This document shows positions 25,419 to 33,768 of a stretch of DNA of 64,000 nt, piece after piece. How positions within the stretch are numbered: position 1 is the first letter of the stretch; each line of letters starts with the position of its first letter. A model generated the notes under the pieces. The model was not told the origin of the DNA. It worked only from the letters and a program-made list of their open reading frames with translations, and made no database searches. The stretch is from Alphaproteobacteria bacterium (GTDB lineage: Bacteria; Pseudomonadota; Alphaproteobacteria; MPNO01): NCBI GenBank assembly GCA_964291675.2, contig OZ219865.1, positions 480,001 to 544,000 on the forward strand, in the 5' to 3' direction. The position numbers and the translations under genes are program-made.

Positions 25419-26291
25419 ATGACCTCGTCCGTGGCATTCCTGGGGCTTGGCGTGATGGGCTTTCCGATGGCCGGGCATCTCGCGGCCAAGGGCCACGCCG
25501 TGACGGTCTACAACCGGACCGGCGCGAAGGCGGCCGACTGGCTGGACCGGCACGCGGGGAGAAGCGCCGGAACCCCGGCGGAGGCGGCGCGGGGCGCCGA
25601 TTTCGTGTTCGCCTGCGTCGGCAACGACGACGATTTGCGCTCGGTGGTGTTCGGCCCCGACGGCGCGCTTGCCGGCATGTCCGAAGGCGCGGTGCTGGTC
25701 GACCACACCACGACATCGGCGGTCGTCGCCCGCGAGGTCGCCGCGGCGGCGGCGGAATCGGGCATCGGGTTTCTCGACGCGCCGGTCTCCGGCGGGCAGG
25801 CCGGGGCGGAGAACGGCGTGCTCACCGTCATGGTCGGCGGCGACGACGCGACCTTCGCCCGCGCCGAGAAGGTGATGGGCGCCTACGGGCGGACCATCGT
25901 CCATATGGGTGCGGCCGGGAACGGCCAGCTCACCAAGATGGTCAACCAGATCTGCATCGCCGGCATCGTCCAGGGGCTGTCGGAGGGGCTCAACTTCGCG
26001 GTCCGGGCCGGGCTGGATGCGGAGCGTGCGGTCGAAGTCATCTCGGGCGGCGCCGCGCAGTCCTGGCAGATGGAGAACCGCGCCGCGACCATGCTGGCCG
26101 GCAAGTACGATTACGGCTTCGCGGTCGACTGGATGCGCAAGGACCTCGGCATCGCCATGGAGGAGGGGGACCGCAACGGCGCCCGCCTGCCGCTCACCGC
26201 GCTGGTCGACCAGTTCTACAAGCACGTCCAGGCGCGCGGCGGCAAGCGCTACGACACCTCCAGCCTGATGCTGCTGCTCACCGAAGATTGA
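25419..26291 (+). CDS. NAD(P)-dependent 3-hydroxyisobutyrate/beta-hydroxyacid dehydrogenase family
   Basis: FLGLGVMGFPMAGHL, DAPVSGG, KMVNQ, WMRKDL. Confidence 0.92.
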   Translation: MTSSVAFLGLGVMGFPMAGHLAAKGHAVTVYNRTGAKAADWLDRHAGRSAGTPAEAARGADFVFACVGNDDDLRSVVFGPDGALAGMSEGAVLVDHTTTSAVVAREVAAAAAESGIGFLDAPVSGGQAGAENGVLTVMVGGDDATFARAEKVMGAYGRTIVHMGAAGNGQLTKMVNQICIAGIVQGLSEGLNFAVRAGLDAERAVEVISGGAAQSWQMENRAATMLAGKYDYGFAVDWMRKDLGIAMEEGDRNGARLPLTALVDQFYKHVQARGGKRYDTSSLMLLLTED

Positions 26292-26327
26292 ACTCGCTGA
26301 CCTTCGAATCCCGGCTACCTTGTGGTC

Positions 26328-26741
26328 ATGGAGGACAAGCCGGAACACAGGGTCGAACACCTGAAAATGGTCCAGGCCGTGATCGCGCGTCTGTCCAACC
26401 TCGGCGCGCGGGTCAAGACGTGGACCATCACGCTTGTCGGAGCGGTGTTCGTCTACGCTGCGGCGACGGGCACACAAGATATAGTGATAGTCGCGGCCGG
26501 ACTTGTCCTCGTCGTGCTGCTTGGGCTGCTGGATGCCAGGTATTTGTTCGTCGAAACGTGTTACAGGGAGCTCCACAAGGCGATCGCCTCCGGGAAGCCC
26601 GTCAAGCCTTTCGATATGGATTATCGTCCCTACGTGCGTTCGGCCCGTAGCATCGGGTGGGTCGCCCAGTCTCGGACCGTTCTCGGCTTCTATGTACCGG
26701 TCTTTGCTATGGTCGTCATCTTGGGGACGCTCGAAGTCTAG
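26328..26741 (+). CDS. Small multi-pass membrane protein of unknown function
   Basis: HLKMVQAVIARL..KTWTITL, LDARYL..E..YR pattern, three hydrophobic segments, lower GC than its neighbours. Confidence 0.65.
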   Translation: MEDKPEHRVEHLKMVQAVIARLSNLGARVKTWTITLVGAVFVYAAATGTQDIVIVAAGLVLVVLLGLLDARYLFVETCYRELHKAIASGKPVKPFDMDYRPYVRSARSIGWVAQSRTVLGFYVPVFAMVVILGTLEV

Positions 26742-27550
26742 GAGTCTGGGTCTTTCGACCCCGGGCGGGCTTCGCGCTCCCGCCGCTTTGCGGCCTCCCA
26801 GAGCGCGTCCATCTCCTCCAGCGTCGAGTCCTCGGGCGCCTTGCCGGCTTTCGCAAGACCGTCCTCTACGGCATTGAAACGGCGGACGAACTTGTCGTTG
26901 CAGTCGCGCAGCGCCTGTTCCGGGTCGATGCCGAGGCGGCGGGCGACGTTGACGCAGGCGAACAACAGGTCGCCGACCTCTTCGGCCTGCGCGGCGCCGT
27001 CGCCGCCGTCCTCGATGGCCTCCTTGAGCTCGCCGAGCTCCTCGTCGACCTTGGCGAGCGTCGCCGCCATGTCGGGCCAGTCGAAGCCGACCCGGGCCGC
27101 GCGCTCCTGGAGTTTTCGCGCGCGCAGGAGCGCGGGGAGGGCGAGGGCGACCCCGTCGAGTGCGGAGGCGCGCTCCGCCTTGGCCCGGCGCTCGCGCGCC
27201 TTGATCGCCTCCCAGCCGTCGCTCCCGTCCTTGGCGTCGCCGAAGACATGCGGATGGCGCCGGTACATCTTCCCGGTTATGCCGCGCGCCACGGAGTGGA
27301 AATCGAACGCGCCGGCCTCGCGCGCCATCTCGGCGTGGAACACGACCTGGAGCAGGAGGTCGCCGAGCTCTTCCTCCAGCGCCGCCAGATCGTTCCGCGC
27401 GATCGCGTCCGCCACCTCGTAGGCTTCCTCGATCGTATAGGGCGCGATCGTCGCAAAAGTCTGGACCGCGTCCCACGGACAGCCGCTCTCGCGGTCCCTG
27501 AGCCGCGTCATCAGGCGCAGCAGCGCCTCGATAGGGGGAACATCGTCCAT
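26738..27550 (-). CDS. mazG: Nucleoside triphosphate pyrophosphohydrolase MazG
   Basis: GCPWD..QT, IEEAYEV, EELGDLLLQVVFH, GFDWP, EEVGDLLF. Confidence 0.96.
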   Translation of the reverse strand: MDDVPPIEALLRLMTRLRDRESGCPWDAVQTFATIAPYTIEEAYEVADAIARNDLAALEEELGDLLLQVVFHAEMAREAGAFDFHSVARGITGKMYRRHPHVFGDAKDGSDGWEAIKARERRAKAERASALDGVALALPALLRARKLQERAARVGFDWPDMAATLAKVDEELGELKEAIEDGGDGAAQAEEVGDLLFACVNVARRLGIDPEQALRDCNDKFVRRFNAVEDGLAKAGKAPEDSTLEEMDALWEAAKRREREARPGSKDPDS

Positions 27551-27579
27551 CGGCCGCGCCCGCTCGATCATGCCCCGAC

Positions 27580-27607
27580 ATGTCGCATAATATATCTTAT
27601 GGAGACT
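27580..27607. other. Candidate chromosomal dif site (XerCD recombination site)
   Basis: ATGTCGCATAA-TATATC-TTATGGAGACT, 11-6-11 layout with CGCATAA/TTATG core; KOPS polarity reverses around it. Confidence 0.8.
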
Positions 27608-27779
27608 CATGAACCACGCTGGCCAAATATGTCGATTGAGCGCGGGATGTCCACGCAGAATTCGACAGTTGCCAAAGAAGATGCGAACGGGCGGAGAAAT
27701 CGCCCTGACGAAGATTCGTATTTCGACGTTGCGGATCGAGTCGCGCCGCCTGTCAAGACCGGTAATTTCGCCGCCGGCG

Positions 27780-28340
27780 CGTACAAGACAGAGCAAGGGA
27801 CGCGTGAAGGCTGGGGTTCCGGTTGGGATCGCAGCGGCGGGTCCGTCCGCGTCCTCGGGCGGATCGGCAGTCCCGGGCAGGCGATGTTCGTCGCCCTCAC
27901 CCACCTTCTCGATGCCGACCATGCGAGTTGCAAGCGGCATTTTCACCGATTCCGGCAACGTCTCGCGCGGCGCGTGGAAACTGGACGACCAAGCGCGCCA
28001 CGCCTCGTTTCCATGTGGTGTCGTGGGGCCGCGGCGGGCTGCTGGCGGACAAGGAATGGCTGTCCCGGGCGTGGTACGAGCGCGTCGGCTCGGGCAACCC
28101 GAATTACCTGCTGCCCGGCACCGGGGTCGAAGCTGGGGCGTACTCGGCAAGCGGGGATTGGCGATTTTCAGGGTGCGCCGGGTGTGGCTGACGCGCGACG
28201 GCATGGACCTGGTGCTCGAAGGACTATCCGAATCGGATCGGCGGCTTATGCGGGTGCCGCCTGAGCGGTGGGTGTCGTGGCGCGCGAGGCGCTGGAAGCT
28301 CGTCCGGAATCCGGAGGGGCCGGTATCCGGACGATGGGAT
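27780..28340 (+). pseudogene. Frameshifted rolling-circle replication (HUH) initiator remnant
   Basis: Collinear fragments in three frames: MFVALT, CKRHFHRFRQRL, AWKLD, KRATPRFHVVSWG, WLSRAWYERVGSGNP..GTGVE, GRSWGVLGK; boundaries approximate. Confidence 0.6.
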
Positions 28341-28406
28341 TCGAAATGTCGTTGCGTTTTCGCCGAGACTCGGGGAGCATCGCGGCGTTTGAAGTCATGG
28401 AGACTG

Positions 28407-28458
28407 GAATCTTAAGGATTGAGCGGGCTCGCCAGAGCCTGGTCAATCCTTAAGATTC
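28407..28458. repeat. Long hairpin (16-bp perfect inverted repeat with inner stem)
   Basis: GAATCTTAAGGATTGA (28407-28422) and TCAATCCTTAAGATTC (28443-28458) enclosing GGCTC-GCCA-GAGCC. Confidence 0.85.
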
Positions 28459-28532
28459 TCGGACTTGTACGGAAGTGGCGGATTCGGCCTCGAAATGCCG
28501 CCAGGTCCTGCCGGGAGATTGAAGGAAAGCCC

Positions 28533-28745
28533 ATGGCAACCGAGTTCGACACGCTGGAAGCAGCGAAGGACCTTGAGAAGGCGGGGTTCGAGCGGGACCA
28601 GGCGGAAGCGCTGGCGAACGCGATGCGCCGGTCGGGAAGGGCCAGGATCGGGCATTTGGCGAGCAAGGCCGATCTTTACCAGGTGGCGATCGGCATCGTG
28701 GTCGCCAACGTGGGGCTGACAACGGCCTTGGTGAAGCTCCTGTAG
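28533..28745 (+). CDS. DUF1640/CCDC90-like small membrane protein
   Basis: FDTL...L.KAGF..DQAEAL head, LASKADL motif, C-terminal TM; GAAGGA RBS; 70 aa. Confidence 0.75.
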   Translation: MATEFDTLEAAKDLEKAGFERDQAEALANAMRRSGRARIGHLASKADLYQVAIGIVVANVGLTTALVKLL

Positions 28746-28915
28746 GGGTGAGGTGTCATTTCGCCTTCGAGGGCCCCGGTTCGAGTTTCTTCGTCCGAAT
28801 TTTCAGCGGGAGCAACGGCGTCGGCCCGGCCATGCCTTGAGAGTCGGGCCGGGCCGACGCCGGGCTTGTCATCAGTGAACATATTGTATTCTCAATGAGT
28901 TATCGCCAAACGATC

Positions 28916-29686
28916 CTATGGCGTTTCAAGCCGCATGCCGTCATAGGCCGGCTCCACGTCGTCCGGCGTTGCCGCCTGCATCGCCGCGTAATCCGCGTGG
29001 TGGTTCATATGGGTCAGGATCGCGCGGCGCGGCGCGACGCGGTCGAGCCAGGCGCGGGTGACCGGCCAGTGCGCGTGCGTCGGGTGCGCGCGTTCCAGCC
29101 GCAGGCAGTCGACGATCCAGGTGTCGACGCCGGCGAGGCGGTCGAAGCTCGCCTCCGGGATACGCACCACGTCGGTCGAATAGGCCAGGCCGGCGAAGCG
29201 AAAGCCGGTCGAGGCGCAGATGCCGTGGTCCTGGTCGAACGGCACCACCGGACGGCCCTCGACCTCGAACGGCCCGTCGACGACATGGCGGCGCAGGAAC
29301 GGCGGATAGTTGCGCGCGGGACCGCTCGCGCCGTGGAAGAGATAGGGAAACCGGCTCACGATCTCGTCGAGCACCGCGGGCTCGGCATAGACCGCGATAT
29401 CGCGGCCCATCTCGCGGGCGATGCCGCGCAGGTCGTCGATGCCGTGCACGTGGTCCGCGTGGGCGTGGGTGAACAGCACGGCATCGACCCGGTCGATCCC
29501 GGCGTCGATCGCCTGGTCGCGAAGATCCGGCGCGGTGTCGACCAGGATGTTGACGCCGTCCCATTCGACGAAGATGGATGGCCGGCGGCGCCTGTTGCGC
29601 GGGTCGTTCGGGTCGCAATCGCCCCATCTTCCGCCGATCATCGGCACGCCCTGGGAGCTGCCGCAGCCGAGAACGGTAACCTTCAT
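28916..29686 (-). CDS. MBL-fold metallo-hydrolase (PhnP/YycJ-like)
   Basis: LGCGSSQGVP, THAHADHVHGIDD, LTHMNH; follows tatD. Confidence 0.93.
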   Translation of the reverse strand: MKVTVLGCGSSQGVPMIGGRWGDCDPNDPRNRRRRPSIFVEWDGVNILVDTAPDLRDQAIDAGIDRVDAVLFTHAHADHVHGIDDLRGIAREMGRDIAVYAEPAVLDEIVSRFPYLFHGASGPARNYPPFLRRHVVDGPFEVEGRPVVPFDQDHGICASTGFRFAGLAYSTDVVRIPEASFDRLAGVDTWIVDCLRLERAHPTHAHWPVTRAWLDRVAPRRAILTHMNHHADYAAMQAATPDDVEPAYDGMRLETP

Positions 29687-30471
29687 CGGCCGGCGCGGGC
29701 GGCGGATTTCCTGAACAATCGGAAGAAGTTGTCCGTTGTTTGTTGAGCTATCGCCTCAGGATCGACGCCCTTCACGGCGGCGATCGCCGCGGCGGTGTGG
29801 GCGACGAAGGCGGGCTCGTTGCGCTTGCCCCGCCTGGGCACCGGCGCCAGATAGGGCGCGTCGGTCTCGACCAGGATGCGCTCCAGCGGAACCCGGGCCG
29901 CGATCCCGCGCAGCTCGTCCGACTTCCTGAAGGTCACGATGCCGGAAAACGAGATGTAGAGCCCGAGACCGACCGCCGCCTCGGCGAGCGCGGGGCCGGC
30001 GCTAAAACAGTGGATCACCCCGGTATAGGACCCCTGCCCCATCTCCTCGCGCAAGATCGCCGCGGTCTCGTCGTCCGCGTCGCGGGTATGGACGATCAGC
30101 GGCAGCCCGGTCTCGCGCGCCGCCGCGATGTGGTTGCGGAAGCTCGCCCGCTGGGCTTCGCGCGGGCTGTGGTCGTAGTAATAGTCGAGACCGGTCTCGC
30201 CGATGCCGACGACTTCGGGCCCGGCGGCGAGCGCCGCCAGGCGCGCGGGCTCGGCGATCCCCTCTTCGGCGACATTGTGCGGGTGCACCCCCACCGAGCA
30301 GTCGACCGCATCGTGGTCGCGCGCCAGCGCCCGCACCCGCTCGAAGGCGGTCAGCCTTGTGCAGATCGTCACCACCCGGCCGACGCCGGCGGCGGCGGCG
30401 CGCTCCAGCGTCTGGGCGCGGTCCTCGTCGAAGGCGTCGAAATCGAGATGGCAGTGGCTGTCGACCAGCAT
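29683..30471 (-). CDS. tatD: TatD family nuclease
   Basis: DSHCHLD, GVHPH, IGETGLDY, HCF, ETDAPYLAP. Confidence 0.95.
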   Translation of the reverse strand: MLVDSHCHLDFDAFDEDRAQTLERAAAAGVGRVVTICTRLTAFERVRALARDHDAVDCSVGVHPHNVAEEGIAEPARLAALAAGPEVVGIGETGLDYYYDHSPREAQRASFRNHIAAARETGLPLIVHTRDADDETAAILREEMGQGSYTGVIHCFSAGPALAEAAVGLGLYISFSGIVTFRKSDELRGIAARVPLERILVETDAPYLAPVPRRGKRNEPAFVAHTAAAIAAVKGVDPEAIAQQTTDNFFRLFRKSAARAGR

Positions 30472-32033
30472 CAGGCCGCCCCTTCCGCTTCCTCATGGAG
30501 CCTCGGAAATACCGGGCTCGGCCTGGGCAGCGCGGTGCCGGGCGGCACAGAATCGGCGCGGCCGAGATTGGCGAATGCCCGCCGCTCGCCATCCACGCCG
30601 ATCTGGTCGAGCATGCGCCCGGCCGATTCGGGCATGAAGGGCTGCAGCAGGATGGCGATCCGGCGGATGGTCTGGATCAGGGTGGCGAGGATCGCGCCGG
30701 TGCGAAGCCTGTCCTCCTTGATCCGCGCCCACGGCGCCTCGCGGTCGACATAGGCGTTGGCCTGGCGGATCACCGCCCAGACCGCGTCCAGCGCCTCGTG
30801 GAACGCCTGCTCGCGCATGCGGTCGCGGCAGGTCTCCAAGAGCCCCTCCGCCGCGTCCAGGAGCTCGCGGTCGGAGTCCCGGTGGCCCGCCGAGTGCTCC
30901 GGTATCGTGCCGTCGAAATAGCGGTGCAGCATCGAGACCACGCGCTGCACCAGATTGCCGAGATCGTTGGCGAGGTCGCCGTTGATGCGGTTCACCATCG
31001 CGCGGTGCGAGAAATCCCCGTCATTGCCGAACGGCACCTCGCGCAGCAGGAAGTAGCGCACCTGGTCGAGCCCGTAGCGCTCGACGACCTCCAGCGGGTC
31101 GATGATGTTGCCGATCGATTTGGAGATTTTCTGGCCCTCGTTGGTCCACCAGCCATGGGCGAAGACCCGCTTCGGCGGGGCGATGCCGGCGCCCATCAGA
31201 AAGGCCGGCCAGTAGACCGCGTGAAAGCGCAGGATGTCCTTGCCCACCATGTGAAGATCGCATGGCCAATAATCTGAAAAGGCTTGCGATTCGGTGTCCG
31301 GGTAATCGACCGCGGTGGCATAGTTGGTGAGCGCGTCGAGCCACACATACATGATGTGTCCGGGGTCGTCCGGCACCGGCACGCCCCAGTTGAAGCTGGT
31401 GCGCGAGATCGACAGGTCCTTGAGCCCGCCCTTGACGAAGCTCACCACCTCGTTGCGCCGCGAGGGCGGCGCGATGAAGTCGGGGTTGGCGTCGTAGAAG
31501 GCGAGCAGCCGGTCCTGCCATTTGGAGAGATCGAAGAAATAGCTCGGCTCCTCGACCCATTCGACCTCGGCCCCCGACGGCGCCCGCTTGACCCCGTCGG
31601 CGTCGTCGGCGAGCTCGCTCTCGTCGTAAAACGCCTCGTCGCGCACCGCGTACCAGCCGGAGTAGAGGCCGAGATAGATATGGCCGTTGTCCATCAGGGC
31701 CTGCCAGATCGCCTGCGAGGCGCGGGCGTGGCGCGGCTCGGTGGTGCGGATGAAGGCGTCGTTGGAAAAATTCATCGCGCTCGCGAGGTCGCGGAAATTC
31801 TCCGACACCCGGTCGGTGAAGGATTGCGGGTCCAGCCCCGCGGCCTGCGCCGATTTCTCGACCTTCTGTCCGTGCTCGTCGGTTCCCGTCAGGAAGAACA
31901 CGTCATAGCCGTCGAGCCGCATGAAACGCGCCAGCGCGTCGCAGGCCAGCGTGGTGTAGGCGTGGCCGATATGCGGCGCGTCGTTGACGTAGTAGATCGG
32001 GGTGGTGAGGTAGAAGCGCTTTTCGTCGGACAT
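30471..32033 (-). CDS. metG: Methionine--tRNA ligase
   Basis: TTPIYYVN..PHIGH, GTDEHGQK, YVWLDAL, KISKS. Confidence 0.97.
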   Translation of the reverse strand: MSDEKRFYLTTPIYYVNDAPHIGHAYTTLACDALARFMRLDGYDVFFLTGTDEHGQKVEKSAQAAGLDPQSFTDRVSENFRDLASAMNFSNDAFIRTTEPRHARASQAIWQALMDNGHIYLGLYSGWYAVRDEAFYDESELADDADGVKRAPSGAEVEWVEEPSYFFDLSKWQDRLLAFYDANPDFIAPPSRRNEVVSFVKGGLKDLSISRTSFNWGVPVPDDPGHIMYVWLDALTNYATAVDYPDTESQAFSDYWPCDLHMVGKDILRFHAVYWPAFLMGAGIAPPKRVFAHGWWTNEGQKISKSIGNIIDPLEVVERYGLDQVRYFLLREVPFGNDGDFSHRAMVNRINGDLANDLGNLVQRVVSMLHRYFDGTIPEHSAGHRDSDRELLDAAEGLLETCRDRMREQAFHEALDAVWAVIRQANAYVDREAPWARIKEDRLRTGAILATLIQTIRRIAILLQPFMPESAGRMLDQIGVDGERRAFANLGRADSVPPGTALPRPSPVFPRLHEEAEGAA

Positions 32034-32058
32034 CTCGCCCTTCCGAGTTGGGGCGCGG

Positions 32059-33096
32059 TCAGACGCGCATCGCGGATTGGAGTTGCCGGAACGCGCCGAG
32101 CACGACCTGCTTGCGGTCGAGGTTGACGCTGTCCGCCTGGTCGATGAGCCGCGCACACTTCTCCCATAGCTCGGCGAGGCGATCAAGCCCGGCACGGGAC
32201 GCGATTCGCCGGGCCGCCTCCCCTTCCCCGCCGACGACCCCGGGCTCGGGGAGCCCGCCATCGGCGGCCGCGCGCGCGACGCGGGCGATCCACCACAGCA
32301 GGATCCGCATCGCAATCCGGTAGGCCGCCTCGGCGTCGCGCCGGGCGAGACGGTCGGCGAACTCGTGCAGCGCCGGCAGGTCGATATCGGGCAGGGCGGC
32401 GGCGAACCCGACCAGGGATTCGAGCAGCGCGACCCCGTCCGCCTCCATGAGGGCGAAGGCGCGCCCCGGGCTGCCGTCGGCGATCGCCGACAGCGTCGCG
32501 AGACCGCCCGCCTCCACCCCGGCGCGCCGCATGACGTCCTCCATCGCACGGTCCGGAAGCCGCCGGAGCGGCAGCCGGCAGCAGCGCGAGCGAAGCGTCG
32601 GCAACAGGCGGTTGGGAGAATGGGAAACCAGCAATATCAGCGTTCTGTCGGAGGGTTCTTCGAGTATTTTGAGAAGCGCGTTGGCCGCGTTCGCGTTGAG
32701 CTCGTCGGCGGTATCGACGACCAGCACCCGCCACGCCCCCTCCCCCGCCGTCAGGTGAACGAAGGCGCCGGCCGCCCGCACCGCGTCCACCCCGATCACC
32801 GTGCTCGGCCCCTGCCCCTCTGGGTCGCGGGCGAGCGTGAGCAGATCGGCGTGCCCGCCCGACGCCACCCGGCGAAACACCGGATGGTCTTGCGCCAGGC
32901 CGAGCGAGTCCCCCTCCCCGCCGGCGAGCACGAAGCGCGCGATCCGGTAGGCGAGCGTCGCCTTGCCGATGCCCTGCGGCCCGGCGATCAGCCAGGCATG
33001 CGGGAGCCGTCCGCCGCGCCAGGCGGACAGGAAGATCGCTTCCGCGGCCTCATGGCCGATCAATGCGGGGTTCTCGCGCGGCCGGGGGTGGGTCAC
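32059..33096 (-). CDS. holB: DNA polymerase III delta-prime subunit
   Basis: HAWLIAGPQGIGKATLA, AANALLKILEEP, PTLRSRC; GTG start overlapping the tmk stop. Confidence 0.93.
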   Translation of the reverse strand: MTHPRPRENPALIGHEAAEAIFLSAWRGGRLPHAWLIAGPQGIGKATLAYRIARFVLAGGEGDSLGLAQDHPVFRRVASGGHADLLTLARDPEGQGPSTVIGVDAVRAAGAFVHLTAGEGAWRVLVVDTADELNANAANALLKILEEPSDRTLILLVSHSPNRLLPTLRSRCCRLPLRRLPDRAMEDVMRRAGVEAGGLATLSAIADGSPGRAFALMEADGVALLESLVGFAAALPDIDLPALHEFADRLARRDAEAAYRIAMRILLWWIARVARAAADGGLPEPGVVGGEGEAARRIASRAGLDRLAELWEKCARLIDQADSVNLDRKQVVLGAFRQLQSAMRV

Positions 33097-33746
33097 GTCG
33101 ATGCCGCCCCGCCGGCCAGCTCCGCGAACCGCGCCGTCGCCGCCGCGAGCACCGCATCCGCCACCCGGTCCGCCGCCTGTGCGGCATCGACGACGACGCA
33201 GCGCGCCGGCGCGTCCGCGGCGATCTTGAGAAAGCCGTCCCTCACCCGCCGATGATAGTCGAGCGGGCGGCTCTCGTAGGGGTCGCTCGCGGCCGAGCGC
33301 GACCTTGTGCGGGCGAGGCCGAGCTCCGGGTCGATGTCGAGGATCAGGGTCAGATCGGGGCGGAAGCCGCCGAGCGCGGCATCGGCGATCGCCCGGATCG
33401 ACGCGAGCGGCACGCCCGTCCCAAAACCCTGATAGGCCAGCGTCGAGTCGGCGAAGCGGTCGCAGATGACGATGCGGCCCCCGGCGAGCGCGGGCTCCAC
33501 CGTTTTCGCCACGTTCTCCACCCTTCCCGCGAAATGGAGCAGGACCTCGGTCGAGCCCTCCCACCCGGCCTCGCCCGGATCGAGCAGCAGCGCGCGAATC
33601 CGCTCCGCCTCCGGCGTGCCGCCCGGCTCCCGCGTGACCAGGGTCGCGATGCCGCGCCGTTCGAGGGTCTCGGCGAGCCGGGCCGCCTGGGTGGTCTTGC
33701 CGGCCCCCTCCCCGCCCTCGACGGTGATGAAACGCCCTCGTCTCAC
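33093..33746 (-). CDS. tmk: Thymidylate kinase
   Basis: EGGEGAGKTT, TREPGGT, DRFADSTLAYQG. Confidence 0.96.
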   Translation of the reverse strand: MRRGRFITVEGGEGAGKTTQAARLAETLERRGIATLVTREPGGTPEAERIRALLLDPGEAGWEGSTEVLLHFAGRVENVAKTVEPALAGGRIVICDRFADSTLAYQGFGTGVPLASIRAIADAALGGFRPDLTLILDIDPELGLARTRSRSAASDPYESRPLDYHRRVRDGFLKIAADAPARCVVVDAAQAADRVADAVLAAATARFAELAGGAAST

Positions 33747-33768
33747 GCGGTTTGGCCGGGCATGGAGA

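Noticed and set aside
26738-28204. 488-aa extended MazG ORF in the ORF track
   Set aside because: The extension runs antisense through dif and the Rep relic; MazG homology starts near 27550
27780-28340. Group II intron reverse transcriptase remnant
   Set aside because: No YADD or other RT motifs and no domain V hairpin; the fragments fit HUH Rep motifs better
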